From positions 60,388,001-60,452,000 of the forward strand of contig NC_091482.1 in assembly GCF_036971445.1 (NCBI RefSeq): a stretch of DNA of 64,000 bases, read 5' to 3'. Each line of letters begins with the position of its first letter. The first letter of the stretch is position 1. The notes beneath the pieces were generated by a model. That model saw only the letters and a list, made by a program, of their open reading frames with translations. It searched no databases and was not told the DNA's origin. The position numbers and the translations under genes were made by a program. The stretch comes from Narcine bancroftii (Eukaryota). Positions 48,532 to 61,492 of the stretch are shown one piece after another.

Positions 48532-49721
48532 CACACATGTCAAACTCTGGCCCGCGGGCCAAATTTGGCCCGCGATATAATTATATTTGGCCCGCAAGAT
48601 CATTTCAAAAATGTATTAGAGGTGGCCCGCCCTGCAGCGAGAGCCGATGCTGTTTTTTGGTAATGTCACCCCCACCATCCTCCCCCTTCATTGCACATCC
48701 TTCCCCAATGTTACACGAGAAATTGTAACACGAGAAGTCTGTCGATGTCATCAGCCGGCAAGCCAGTTGGAAGGCTCCCCGCACAACCAGTCACTTCTCC
48801 CACCTGTCGAGCGGTGCGGCGGATTGGCGAGCGCCTGTGATTTCCTGTCGGCGCGACGGACATGGCAGGCTGTGCACGGCTCCCGGGCAGCGCGAGCCCC
48901 GCGCGACTGGCACCGGACGGCCCTTCCACAGCGCGAGCGCACTTCTCCCGGTCGCCACGGCCTTCAGCGCTTGTACCCGCGCGGACCCCAGGGACGGCTG
49001 GTTCGGCCCTGCACGTGAAGAGAGAGATGGTGGCTGTCCGCAAAGGCTGATCGGCAGCGTGCTGGGCCTGAGTGGGTGGGTAAGCAGGGGTGGGCAGAGG
49101 GTGTAGGTGAGGAGTAATGGGCAGGGGAAGTTATGGTGGTGCGAAGGGCAGTTGGAGGGAGGGATGAGTAGAAGGAGGGATGGATAGGGAAGAGGTAAAA
49201 GGGGAGGGGCAGGGCAAGTAGGGGAGGGGTGATTAGAGGGTGAGAGACGGATAGAGGGAGGAACAGGTTGAGGGGAGAGGCAGTAGAGGGGCGTGTATAG
49301 GATGGGGTGGGAAGAGGCAGAGCGAGTGGAGTGAGGGGTGAGTAGAGGTTGGGTAAAGGACTGGTCAGGTAGAGGGATGGTGGGTTGAGGGTGAATAGAG
49401 GCCTAGAGCCTGAGGAGTGAGCAGGAAGTGCTGAGTCCTGATGCAGGCCAAAATGGACACAGCCTGTGAATGCTGACTACATCTCCACAGGGACCAAATA
49501 CATTTCCCTCAGGTCAAGCAAAGGGTGAACTTGAGCTACCTACTCCTGACCTGTAACATTATCCTCCTAAAGTTATATCCTAAAGTTTAACATTACATAT
49601 GTTGAAAGAAGAGAAAACATGCAGATGTTGTTGAAAATTTTCAATAAATATTTAGTTCGGCCCTCGAGTTAGTCCAAGTTTTTAATTTTGGCCCTCCGTG
49701 AATTTGAGTTTGACACCCCTG
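48532..49721. mobile_element. Non-autonomous hAT-Charlie-type DNA transposon
   Basis: TIRs CACACATGTCAAACTC / GAGTTTGACACCCCTG; perfect 8-bp TSD GTCTAGAG (48524-48531, 49722-49729); GGCCCGC subterminal repeats; CpGs retained. Confidence 0.88.
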
Positions 49722-51140
49722 GTCTAGAGCAGTGGTTCCATAGAATGCCATTGGTGCTCTGTGGTTAGTAAGGGATCACTTAAGGTATGTGAATGGAAAG
49801 AAAAAGGGTTGAAAACAACTAGTCTAGAGGAATTTGATTTATTCCATCGATATCAAAAAAGCACCTGATAAAGTAAAGGTCATATGGTCTGACAACATTC
49901 CAGCTGTAGCAGAAAACAAGTCATGCCTCTTATCAAGTTGTTTTGGTACATTGATATCTACCCAAAATGCTATGACAGACTCATTATTTCTGCTTGCTTT
50001 TGCCAACAAAACTTCTTTTCACATCTTGACTCTATCCTGTCTCCCAGTGTCTGCCGCCTTTCCACCTACATCCAGAACACCTCTCACCTCATCCACCTGA
50101 CAGAAACTGTTCTTTTCCTCAAAAACATTTTGCTTTATCTCACTTTCTATAAATTATAGCCAAGGGGACTCAATTGGCCCCAGAATTACCTGTTTTATTG
50201 CTCCAACATGGAACAGTCCTGAGTCCAAACCTCCTCCCCAACCTTTTTTCTGCTATACTGAACCGCATGATGCTATTTCTGGCACTTGTGCAGAGCCTAT
50301 CAATTTTATCTCCTTTGCCAACAACTTCCACCCAGTCCTCAAATCCACATCATTTCAGACACTTCCGTCTCTGGATCTCTCTTGTCTCCACCTCAGCATT
50401 CAAACTATCCACTTACCTCCTCTCCAAACTATATCAACTCCCACAGTCACTTCACAAGACTTGCTTTCACCCCAATGGACACCATCCCTTTCTCTCAGTC
50501 TCTGCCTCCATTACATGTTCTCAACATGGTGTTCCCATTCTACGACTTCTGAAATGTTGTTCTTCCAGAAACACGGTTTCCCTCTCTCATCACTGAATCA
50601 ATTGCACGTACTTCCCCCATTTTCTAGTCCTGCTCTCATGCCCTCTCTCCCCAGTCAGAACAGAGATAGCTCCACAGATCCTCATTTTTCATCCCACTGG
50701 CCTCTGCAGCCAGCTCATGGAATCCCACCACGTCACAACATCTCCCCTACCCCTCATACTTTCTGCGACTTCCTGGTCCACCTCCCTTTTCCACCCTCCA
50801 TTTCCTTAGTCACATTCACTGAAACCATAGAACATGTAAAACTTGTCCCCTCAGCTCCTGCCTCATCATCATCCAGGGATCTAAAAGGTCCATCCAGGAA
50901 AGGCAAAGATTTACATGCACCTTCTCCAACCTGGTCTATGTATTTAGTACTTGCAATGTGGCCTGCCCTGCTTTGGCAAGATTAAGCATTGGATAACTGT
51001 TCTGAATGGTATCTATGCCTTGTCCGGAATGAGCTTCTGGTTACGTATCAATTTAACTCCCGCCTGGAGACTGGCACCTCATATGCCAGGCTGCTGTTCA
51101 TTGACTTCAGCTATGCGTTTAATACGATCATTCCCCAGAG

Positions 51141-51797
51141 CAGGGTTTCCCAAATTTTTTTATTTCCACTCACATAGAGTGTGGCCCCATTATAACGTGA
51201 TCATTGGGGTCCATCAAATCTCATCGCAACAAAAGCAGATTCGCGCTAAATCGGGGTTTCAATAAATCATTTTGTTACAGTTGAAATTAAACCTTGGTGG
51301 GTTGAGACACTTTTGTGTCGCAGTGTTTCAAATCTCACTTACCTAACCCAATGATCTAGTACTTAAGTATCAGAGCCTCTGAGTATAAACCCGTCTCTTA
51401 CCTGAGGTCCCCCCTCCTGCCCAGGAGCCTGACGCCCAAATCCAATGACACATCATGTTATATCCAAATTTGCATTAAATCAGGGCACGTAAAATCATGG
51501 CTTCATCATACCACCTTAAGTAATTCCTATGCCATAGATGCTCTGTGATTAGTATGGGGTGACTTAAGGTGAGTGGAAAGAAAAAGGTTGTAAATCACTG
51601 TTTTAAATCATGTGCACGGTTTCTTAACTCCAAAGGAAATAGGCCAATGACAATTTTTCTTCAAGTATTTCAGTAACAATTGGGTCTAGAGCAGTGGTTT
51701 TCCCCCCCACTCACCTCAAGTTATCCCTTACTAATCACAGAGCACCTATGGCATAAGAATTACTTATGAGTGAAAAGAAAAAGTTTGGGAAACCATG
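51141..51797. mobile_element. hAT-Charlie-type MITE (composite) inserted in a Rex/L2-like RT fragment
   Basis: TIRs CAGGGTTTCCCAAA / TTTGGGAAACCATG; TSD CCCCAGAG (51133-51140, 51798-51805); host reads ARLLFIDFSYAFNTIIP. Confidence 0.8.
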
Positions 51798-52989
51798 CCC
51801 CAGAGCTGGTGGAGAAACTGTCCTCACTGGGACTCAACATCAGTCTCTGTTACTAGATTCTGGACTTCCTAACGAAAAGACCACAGTCTGTCTGGGTCAG
51901 CAGCAGAACGTCAAACAGTCAAGCTGAGCTCTGGAGCACCTCTGGGACATGTGCTCAGCCCAGTCCTGTTCATGCTATTGACCCACAACTCCAATGCCAG
52001 ATATAGCTGCAACAGACTCATCAAGTTACAGATAAACAACATAGTTGGATCATCAGGAACAAGATTGAGTTGCACTACAGAGATGGAAAATCTCGTGATT
52101 ATAGTGCGAGAATAAAAACCTGAGTCACAACGTGGACAAGAGAAAGAAGATGATCATGAACTTTAGGAGGACCAGGAATGACCACCCTCCATTATACATT
52201 AACAACTCAACTGGTGGAGAGAAGGGAGTCCACTTAACAAGTGACCTATCCTGGACGCACATCTCCTCACTTGTCAGGAAGGTGCAACAACACTTCCTGA
52301 GAAGCAAACAAACTGTCAGCTTCTTTAACAAGCCATTTAAAGCCATACGGAGCTCAACTAGGGTCTCAGTCCCAACATTCACATTTTCCATCCCTACCCT
52401 AGCAATCTAATCACTAATCTCCCATAGTTCCACATGCCATCACATACATCTTGATCCACTTGGGTTTGGTCTCCCTTGGTTCACCTGACCGAATCCATCC
52501 ATTATGATTCAATTTATCACTCATCTGTCTCAACCCTTCTCCCTCCCCTGTCCTTCTCCACCTGCGAAACGTTTCACATATCACCTATCAGAATCTGACT
52601 CAATATTTCCCTCTCCTTATCTGGATCCATCTGCCTATCATTCCTCCCTCATCTGGTTCTAGCTATCATTTACCAGCCTGACTCACTCCTTCCTCTGACT
52701 TTAATGTACTTGTCATCTTCCTCTGCACTCTCAGTCCCAATGCAGGGTCTCAAAGTCAGCCATTGCTTCACTTTCACAAATGCTGTTTAGAATCATAGGG
52801 CATTACAGCGCAGAAATGTGTCCTTTGGCCCATCTTGTCCATGTTGAACTATTGTTTTTCCCAGCCCCATTAAACTTGGGCCATGGCCCTCCTTATCCCT
52901 CCAAGTTGTAACAACAGCTTTAGTTTCTTCAGATTCTGTTATCTGCAGCCTCTTCATGGAACAAAACTGCCAGTTAAAAAATGGACAGC

Positions 52990-54230
52990 TCTGGTCCTTG
53001 ACTCTCCCATCGTGGGAAATAACCTTTCTACAACTATTTTGACTACACCTTTCAACATTCAAAATGTTTCAATTAGATCATTGAATATCCTCACACTCTA
53101 AATTCCAATGAATGCAAGATAAGAGCTGTCAAACTCTCCTCATACGATAACCCTTTTATTCCTGGAATCATCCTCGTAAACCTCCTTTGAACCCTCTACC
53201 ATCTAAATGAGCCCAAAACTGCTCACAATGCTCCAAGTAAAGTCTCACCAGTGCCTTATAAAGCCTCTACATTACATTCCTGTCTCATACTCCAATCCTT
53301 GTGAAATGAATGCCACCACTGCATTTGCCTCCTTCACCACCTTCAACATAGAAGTTTACCATCAGGCTATTTTCACTTTACTCCCCATTTAGAAAATAGT
53401 TTGCCAGTTTTTTTTGATATACAAGTGCAGACCATACACATGTATTTCATTGGCCACTTCTCTGCCCATCTAAGTCCTTTTACAGCTTCAGCATTTCCTA
53501 TAAACTACCTGCTCCTCCACCTTTTACTTCATCTGCAAACTTGGCCACAAAGCCTTTCATTCTATCATCCAAATCATTACTATACAAGATACAAAGCACA
53601 AGCCCCAACACCAACCCCTGTGGAACACCACTAGAAACTGGCAGTCAATCTGTGTATTCTGACTCTCTGCTCCCTGCCTATCAGCCAGTGCCCTACTCAT
53701 GCTTGCATGTTTTCTGTTTATATCATGGACTCTTTGTTGTCACCTTATATGCAGCGACACCTTAACAAATACACAATATCCATTGGATTACCCCCCACCG
53801 CCCACCCTCATCCAGCCTGGATGTCACCTCCTCAAAGCATTCCAATAGGTTTGTGAAGAATGATTTTCTCTCAAGTGCCTCTAGTACTCTGTAACCTCAT
53901 CCTTTACAATTAACTCCAGCATCTTCCCAACCACTGACGGCAGGCTAACAGGACTATAACTTCCTTTTTTTGTTGCCTCACCCCCTTCTTGAATAGTGGG
54001 ATGACAGTTGTGATTTTCTAGCCTGGGACCATTTCAGAATCTATCGATTCCTGAAAGATAATTACTAGTGCCTCCATAACTACTACTTTCAGGACCCAAG
54101 GGTGCAATCCATCTGGTCCAGGAGACTTATCCGCCTAGACCTTTCAGCTTTGAGCACCTTCTCCCTTCAATACACTTACTTCCCTGATACCCTTCAACAT
54201 CTAGTACACTACTAGTGTCCTTCATAGAGG
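52990..54230 (-). mobile_element. Degraded CR1-type LINE fragment
   Basis: Reverse-strand VSSGVPQGLVLG and VAKFADE-like RT motifs. Confidence 0.7.
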
Positions 54231-54759
54231 ACAAGTTGGGCCCAAGACCTGCTCCATGATGTATGACTTTCATTCTGATTTTGTTTTACTACAAATTGTA
54301 CCAATAAGTCTCTCTCTCTTGTTCTGAATATATGCCAATTCAATTGAGTGCATGATACATGTAATTCTGTCAGGATGTATTTTATTCATGCTTTCTTGAA
54401 TCTACGTGTATTGCTTATGCGGAGAACGCAAAGCAATAGCTGACATTATTATTCTCACTGAGCTTCCTATTCATGTGTGTGGCAGCATGACTGACATCAG
54501 CAACTGCACAATGGTTGGAGAAGCAAAGGATTAAACCCCAACCTGTCTTTTGGTCGGGACAGGTGAACACCAAGATTATAAACTACAGACTCTTGACAGC
54601 TTGCAAATCCGGATTGAAGTTGTGCCATTCCGAGTTATGATCGAGTGACCATCGTTTTCCCCTCATTGCCCTGTTCAGAATGCACGTTATAATGGGCAAA
54701 CGCACACTTACACCCACATCCTCTCAAATACCGACCAGCCCCAAGCTGCCACCCCGTAC

Positions 54760-55314
54760 CTTCCTCAGCGCCTCCCGACGCCCGGTCACCCGCTGTTCCA
54801 GGCTGCGGCTGCGGAACTCGCTGACACTCTCGAAGTACTCTTCGTCGTCGTTGGCCTCGGGGAACAGCGAGTCCAGGGCGATGCGGTGGCCGCACAGCTC
54901 GACGGCAGCATCCAGGTAGAGCTCGAGCTGGCGGCAAACGCCGTCCAAATCGGGGCCGGGCTCGGAGGGCTCGGCAAGTGAGAGGTCGGGAAACAGGAGG
55001 CCCCACAAGCCCGGCGGCCTGAGCTCGGGCATCGCCGGGAAGCAGTGCTCCAGGGCCGTGCAGCTCGCCACCAGCACACGGTGGATGCAGTGCAGATTCT
55101 GCGGAGAGTAGAGCGCGGCCCAGCTGCCCGGGGCCTCGTCCTCGGCCTCGGCCCTCCGCGCCTGGAGCGACCGGCTGTGGCAGGTGACGGCGAACTTCCC
55201 TTCCACCTCGTTCCAGGCCACCAGGAAGCGCAGGCGGGGCCGCTGGGCCTCGGTGAAAAGCCCGCTGCGGATGGAGACCCAGCCCTCCAGGCTGTCGGGC
55301 CGTTCCTCGTCCAT
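54760..55314 (-). CDS. WHAMM: WHAMM exon 1 (555 nt); joined CDS 2,277 nt = 758 aa
   Basis: MDEERPDSLEGWVSIR...LRFLVAWNEVEGKFAVTCHSR (WHAMM/JMY N-terminal domain); donor AAG|gtacgg; ten exons join in frame; adjacent to FSD2 as in human. Confidence 0.95.
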
Positions 55315-55640
55315 CGGACTCCCTCAGCCAGCGGCCGCCATCCTGCGATCCCCGACCTGTGACGTCATCCGGAGCCGGGCGTCGTGACGTCACGCGCAGC
55401 GTCAATCGTGTCGTCACCGTCGAGCCCGACTCCGGCCTGAACCGCTCGTCGCTCCGGGTCGCTTCGGTTCAGCCCCGAGACGTCGTGATTGGAGTGAAAG
55501 CACTTGGAGGAACTCAGCGTCCACGCGAGGTATGGCCCTGGGGTAACCAGGTCTCGGGCCCGGGAGGCGACAGGGGGCCTTGGTAAAATGGGGTGGCCTG
55601 GCCCGCGGGCGGCTTGAAAGGACCCAACCCGGTCAGTGGG
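55315..55640. promoter_or_regulatory. CpG-island promoter of WHAMM (possibly bidirectional)
   Basis: Two full CRE palindromes TGACGTCA (55360-55367, 55385-55392); YY1-like GATGGCGGC on minus; plus-strand donor-like GAG|GTATGG at 55529/55530. Confidence 0.75.
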
Positions 55641-55649
55641 CTTCTAAAT

Positions 55650-56258
55650 CCCCCTCAGATCGCCGGGCTCCCCCCTCAGATCGCCGGGCTCCCCCCTTAG
55701 ATCGCCGGGCTCCCCCCTTAGATCGCCGGGCTCCCCCCTTAGATCGCCGGGCTCCCCCTTAGATCGCCGGGCTCCTCCCTTAGATCGCCGGGCTCCCCCC
55801 TTAGATCGCCGGGCTTCCCCCTTAGATCGCCGGGCTCCTCCCTTAGATCGCCGGGCTCCCCCCTTAGATCGCCGGGCTCCCCCCTTAGATCGCCGGGCTC
55901 CTCCCTTAGATCGCCGGGCTCCCCCCTCAGATCGCCGGGTTCCCCCCTCAGATCGCCGGGCTCCCCCCCTTAGATCGCCGGGCTCCCCCCTTAGATCGCC
56001 GGGCTTCCCCCTTAGATCGCCGGGCTCCTCCCTTAGATCGCCGGGCTCCCCCCTTAGATCGCCGGGCTCCCCCCTTAGATCGCCGGGCTCCCCCCTTAGA
56101 TCGCCGGGTTCCCCCCTCAGATCGCCGGGCTCCCCCCTCAGATCGCCGGGCTCCCCCCTTAGATCGCCGGGCTCCCCCCTTAGATCGCCGGGCTCCCCCT
56201 TTAGATCGCCGGGCTCCCCCCTTAGATCGCCGGGCTTCCCCCTTAGATCGCCGGGCTC
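55650..56258. repeat. 21-bp minisatellite (CCCCCCTTAGATCGCCGGGCT)n, about 29 copies
   Basis: Directly visible; variable C-run length. Confidence 0.95.
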
Positions 56259-57159
56259 TATTACAATGTTGTATGTATTATCATTTATTGGATTTAGAAT
56301 TAAGTAGTATTGCGATTGAACCTTATGTATATCTGCAAAGGTTTAATTACAATTGATTTACTGGTTTTTTTTGTTTGTTTTTCTGATAAACCTCAAAAAT
56401 ATTTTTAAATGAAAAAAAATTCTGAGTCTTCCTGCTTCTGGCTTATTCCTTGAAGGGCTCAGGTCAGAAACGTCCTACAGACGGTCCCTAACGCACGTCC
56501 GAGTTCTGTTCTGACCAACTGGTCAGATCTCGAAATGAATGCGTTGGATGCAGTAAATGACCCCTATAGATTCACAGGTGAAGTGTTGCTCTACTTGGAA
56601 GGCCTCCGCTGTACTGTTCAATATTCATGTCTATACAGGGGGAAAAAACTTAGTTGTGCTTGTAATCCAGGCAAATCATTCTCCTTTTAGTAGAGCATAG
56701 AGCAAGAATAAAAAGTGTTAACAATTGAACTAAAGTGCAAGGTATCATGTTAAATAAAAGGAGTAAAAGTTAAAGAGCGGAAAGCACCATCTTTTTTAAA
56801 TGGGAAGTCCTTTTAAGAGTCAAATAATAGCAGGAAAGAAATTGTCCTTAAATCTGGAGGTGCATATTTTCAAATTTATGATTCTTTTGCTTGTTGAGAG
56901 AGGGAAGAGTGTGACTAGGATGGGGTGTGTCCTTTAATATGTTGGCTGCCGTCGTGGGAAAACACTGTGAAGATGGAGGGGAGGATGGTTATCCGATTAT
57001 TTGAGCTGCCCCTATATCTTGTGACCCCACTTTCCTTTGTTTTACTGACATTGAAGGAGAAGTTGTTATTGTGACACCAGATCTTCCTTCTTGTATTCTG
57101 TCTTGAATAGTGGGTGGGTGGGGCAGAGACTGATTCTCTTCCTCCTCTTCATCTTTCCT

Positions 57160-57312
57160 GTGTTCATAAAATATGCTTTCCTGAGCTGTTTCCTTAATTG
57201 GGCTACATCTGTTTGCATTCTCAGGCTGGTGTCTGAGGAGTGGCTTAGGGAAAGGTCATGTGTTACCAAATAGCTAAATATATGACAGGCAGACTGCCAG
57301 AGTCTAGTGGGG
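57160..57312 (+). promoter_or_regulatory. Candidate muscle-type promoter / non-coding first exon of FSD2
   Basis: CArG box CCTTAATTGG (57192-57201), E-boxes CATCTG and CATGTG, A/T-rich CTAAATATA, donor GG|GTAAGA at 57312/57313. Confidence 0.4.
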
Positions 57313-57316
57313 GTAA

Positions 57317-58635
57317 GAGAGGGAGGGAGAGAGGGAGAACTGGACTGGGGGGGGAGAGAGAGAGGGAGAACTGGACTGGGGGGGGAGAGAGAGAGGGAGA
57401 ACTGGACTGGGGGGGGAGAGAGAGGGAGAACTGGACTGGGGGGGGAGAGAGAGGGAGAACTGGACTGGGGGGGAGAGAGAGGGAGAACTGGACTGGGGGG
57501 AGAGAGAGGGAGAACTGGACTGGGGGGGGAGAGAGAGGGAGAACTGGACTGGGGGGGAGAGAGAGGGAGAACTGGACTGGGGGGGGAGAGAGAGGGAGAA
57601 CTGGACTGGGGGGGGAGAGAGAGGGAGAACTGGACTGGGGGGGAGAGGGAGAACTGGACTGGGGGGAGAGGGAGAACTGGACTGGGGGGGAGAGGGAGAA
57701 CTGGACTGGGGGGGAGAGGGAGAACTGGACTGGGGGGGAGAGGGAGAACTGGACTGGGGGGGAGAGGGAGAACTGGACTGGGGGGGAGAGGGAGAACTGG
57801 ACTGGGGGGGAGAGGGAGAACTGGACTGGGGGGGAGAGGGAGAACTGGACTGGGGGGGAGAGGGAGAACTGGACTGGGGGGGAGAGGGAGGACTGGGGGG
57901 GAGAGGGAGGACTGGACTGGACTGGGGGGAGAGGGAGGACTGGACTGGACTGGGGGGAGAGGGAGGACTGGACTGGACTGGGGGGAGAGGGAGGACTGGA
58001 CTGGACTGGACTGGGGGGAGAGGGAGGACTGGACTGGACTGGACTGGACTGGGGGGAGAGGGAGGACTGGGGGGGGAGAGGGAGGACTGGGGGGGGAGAG
58101 GGAGGACTGGACTGGACTGGGGGGAGAGGGAGGACTGGACTGGACTGGGGGGAGAGGGAGGACTGGTGGGGGAGAGGGAGGACTGGACTGGACTGGGGGG
58201 AGAGGGAGGACTGGACTGGACTGGGGGGAGAGGGAGGACTGGACTGGACTGGGGGGAGAGGGAGGACTGGACTGGACTGGACTGGGGGGAGAGGGAGGAC
58301 TGGACTGGACTTGGGGGAGAGGGAGGACTGGACTGGGTGGGGGGAGAGTGAGGACTGGACTGGGGGGGGAGAGGGAGGACTGGACTGGACTGGGGGGAGA
58401 GGGAGGACTGGACTGGACTGGGGGGAGAGGGAGGACTGGACTGGACTGGGGGGAGAGGGAGGACTGGACTGGACTGGGGGGAGAGGGAGGACTGGACTGG
58501 ACTGGGGGGAGAGGGAGGACTGGACTGGGTGGGGGGAGAGGGAGGACTGGACTGGGGGGGGAGAGGGAGGACTGGACTGAGTGGGGGGGGGAGAGGGAGG
58601 ACTGGACTGGGGGGTGAGAGGGAGAGAGAGAGGAG
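57317..58635. repeat. G-rich compound minisatellite (GAGAGGGAGAACTGGACTGGGGGG / GGACT units)
   Basis: Directly visible; strong G-skew on the plus strand. Confidence 0.95.
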
Positions 58636-59438
58636 CTTTTAGAACATGGTTTAAAGAACAATCCAGAATACTGATCTCTGAACAGGTACAAATGCTGAGC
58701 TGCTCTGGTTCTCTGTAATTTAGTCATTGAAAAGCAATCCAGACATTTGATAAGAACAACTGCATCCTGGATCTAAACATGTCCCTGAATGTTTAGCATA
58801 CGTGCCACTCCATTTTTAAACTTTGGAGTTCAATTTCTATTTGCTGAATGTTTGCCTCTTGATAGTCTCAACTGAGACTTCTGGACATTTTTGGTCTCCC
58901 AATTTCCTTTTGTGAATGGTGGTTTGAACTCATCCTCGAACCTTTTCCTCTCTCAAACTGGTCGGTAATCTCTTCCCATGACAAAGCTCAGAAGGAAGTG
59001 GGGTTTTTTTTTTAGGAATCTTTTGTCAGGAATGTGAATGATGTGCCCTCCCTAATGTAGAAAAATTAATGAAGAGGGAACATGGTTATGGCTTGTGAGA
59101 GATTACTGGCCAGTGAATTTAAAGGACTTCTCAGAGCATTGTTTAGTGTTTTATAATGTTTTGGCTTCTCATTTTTTTCCAATCTATGTACCTGTAGACT
59201 CAGATTTTCACATTCTGGGAACCGACATGAGAGATATTTGAGATGCTAAATGATTGGAATAAACTAATCAGAATTTATTAGTGATGAGCTGACATTGTAT
59301 AGTTAATTAAGACTGGGACAGATTTGAAGTTTGGGATTTGCTTCTGATATTGTCTGTTTTATTTTCTATTCTCCATAGGATTTTGGGGCAAATATATTCA
59401 GGGTGAAGCTACATGTTTTTCCCACACATCTAAAGAAG

Positions 59439-60203
59439 ATGGAGAGCCAGCCAGATGAATCCAGCGGTCCAGAACCGGCGACCAAGAGTCCCAAACAGAA
59501 GGATACAGGCAAAGGATCCTCAACCTCCCAAAGAGCAGAAGAGGGAGGAGGTGTGGAGGGTACGGAGCCAGAAGGATTTCAGTTCTACCATATGGACCTC
59601 TATGAACCAAGGGAACGGTTGGGGATTTTTGCAAAAGCCAAAGTGGGTGATTGTCATCTGGCTGCCCTGCAGGATGCACCACTAAGTATTCCCCACTCTA
59701 AGGAAGAGCAAGCGGCAGAGGGACAACCCATAGAGGTGCTGAGCCATGATGTCCACAGAGAGGACAATGGCTATTTGTCTTCTCCTGAAGCAGAGTTGAG
59801 TACTGGTCGGAACCTGATGGAATTTTCCAACATCCTCCCAATGGAAAAGCAGTTTGATCCCTTCCAACAAATAGTCGATTACTCAGAAAGTGCAAGTCAA
59901 TACAGTGAAGGGCCTGTCAGCCCTGTGTCAGAACCATGTTGCATTGAAGAGACTAAGGCAGAGAATACCCCAGCTAAGAGTGGAAATAATGTAGCAGAAA
60001 GTGTTGGAGATCACAGCATACTGAGAAACAATGCCTCCAAAGAAACAGATCTCGAGTCAGGTGACCAGGAGATTGCCCAGGACATAATCCCTGATGTTTA
60101 TTGTCAATCATGTGATATCCCGATACCTGCTTTTGAGAAGCTTTTTGGATTCCACAAACACCATAATGTGATCCCATTAACAGAAGCAGCAGCGGCTGCT
60201 AAG
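59439..60203 (+). CDS. FSD2: FSD2 first coding exon (exon 59379-60203; 255 codons)
   Basis: Acceptor ccatag| at 59378; FQFYHMDLYE and PDVYCQSCDIPIPAFEKLFGFHKHHNVIPL match FSD2 (human FHFYHMDLYD, PDVFCVTC...HKEHEVIPL); donor AAG|gtatgg. Confidence 0.9.
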
Positions 60204-61396
60204 GTATGGATGGCACACTGATCCTGAAAGCCACTAAGCTCAGTCAATGGTTGGCAAGGCCAATAATTATTGCCCAGAGTTCTCCCTATGATGTAAATAT
60301 TCCCACATTGCTTTTAAGTGGGACTTCCATCCAATTTCCCAAAGAATTTCACGGTCTTGTGAAGCGTGTAAGGAATCGTCTGCATTCGCCTGGATTACAG
60401 GACAAAGCAGTTTGCTTGATTGGCATCCCATCCACTGCCTAAACATCACCACATATCAGCTCAGACACTTCCTTATTATCTACCCCTACCCCTCCACAAT
60501 CCACACTACGGTGTTCATCTGATCTATTGCTCTCAAGATTTTGTACACCTCTATGAGTTTAACACTCATTCCCCTGTGCTCCAAGGAATAAAACCCTCTG
60601 GATGTTCCCTCCCCTTTATATACATGATATCTCCCCTCACCACTTTATTCGCGATAAAAGGACCAAAATCGAAACTAAATAACCAATGCTCTCCACAAAT
60701 GCTGCACGATCCACTAATTCATGGCAGCTCCTTTTTATCATTGCAACGTCTGCAAGTTTTGTGTTTCTCTTTCATTTACTGCTGTTCTGGCTGCAGATTG
60801 TACCATCTAAAAACTCATTGTGGCATGTAAAAAAAAAAGGAAAGAAAGAGAGGGAGGAAGTGAAAAAAACGAAGGAATATTCAAGAATGTAGTGATACTT
60901 GTAGAAGATGGTTTCAACTGGTACTTTGTCCATTGAGAGGAGGGATGAGCGAACTAAGAGGTTGTGTGGAGACTCAAGGGGTAAATGTGGAAAGACTGAA
61001 GCGGCTGTTCTCCTCTAAGCAGTGAATTGTCAGAGTAAATATGTTAGAAGGGAGGAAGAGGAAAGAGTGTTTTCAGTCGTTAAAGGGTCAGTAATCAGAG
61101 AAGACCGTCAAAGATGATCACCAAAAGAACCAAACGTAAGATGAGAAAAGCAGAAAATACTGGACTTACTGAGCAGTTCAGTGGAGAGATAAATAGCATT
61201 AATGCCTCATTAATTAGAGTGGTTGGGATTGAAGGAGCTGTGGTATATACAGGTCCAGTAATGGTGTAGGGATGGGGGAGTGCGATCAACTCGATTGCTT
61301 TTCAAAAGATCCATCCCACCTTTGAGCCTGATTCCACAACTGATGTTTCCAACTTACTTCCAGTTTGTGGCTTTCTCCCCCCCACCCCCACCACAG

Positions 61397-61492
61397 TTTG
61401 AGTGCCTGAACAGTCTGAAGAAGCTTGAGCACCAATTGATACAGATGGAGACATTTTCTAACCACTTGGAGGAAATCTTTGTTACTGTTGAG
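61397..61492 (+). CDS. FSD2: FSD2 coding exon 2 (96 nt)
   Basis: ccacag|FECLNSLKKLEHQLIQMETFSNHLEEIFVTVE|gtaaga. Confidence 0.92.

Noticed and set aside
54635-55417. Alternative-frame 260-aa ORF over WHAMM exon 1
   Set aside because: GC-rich CpG-island sequence lacks stops; no homology recognised.
57066-58727. Extensin-like 553-aa and Gly/Trp-rich 440-aa ORFs
   Set aside because: Translations of the G-rich minisatellite, open in several frames on both strands.
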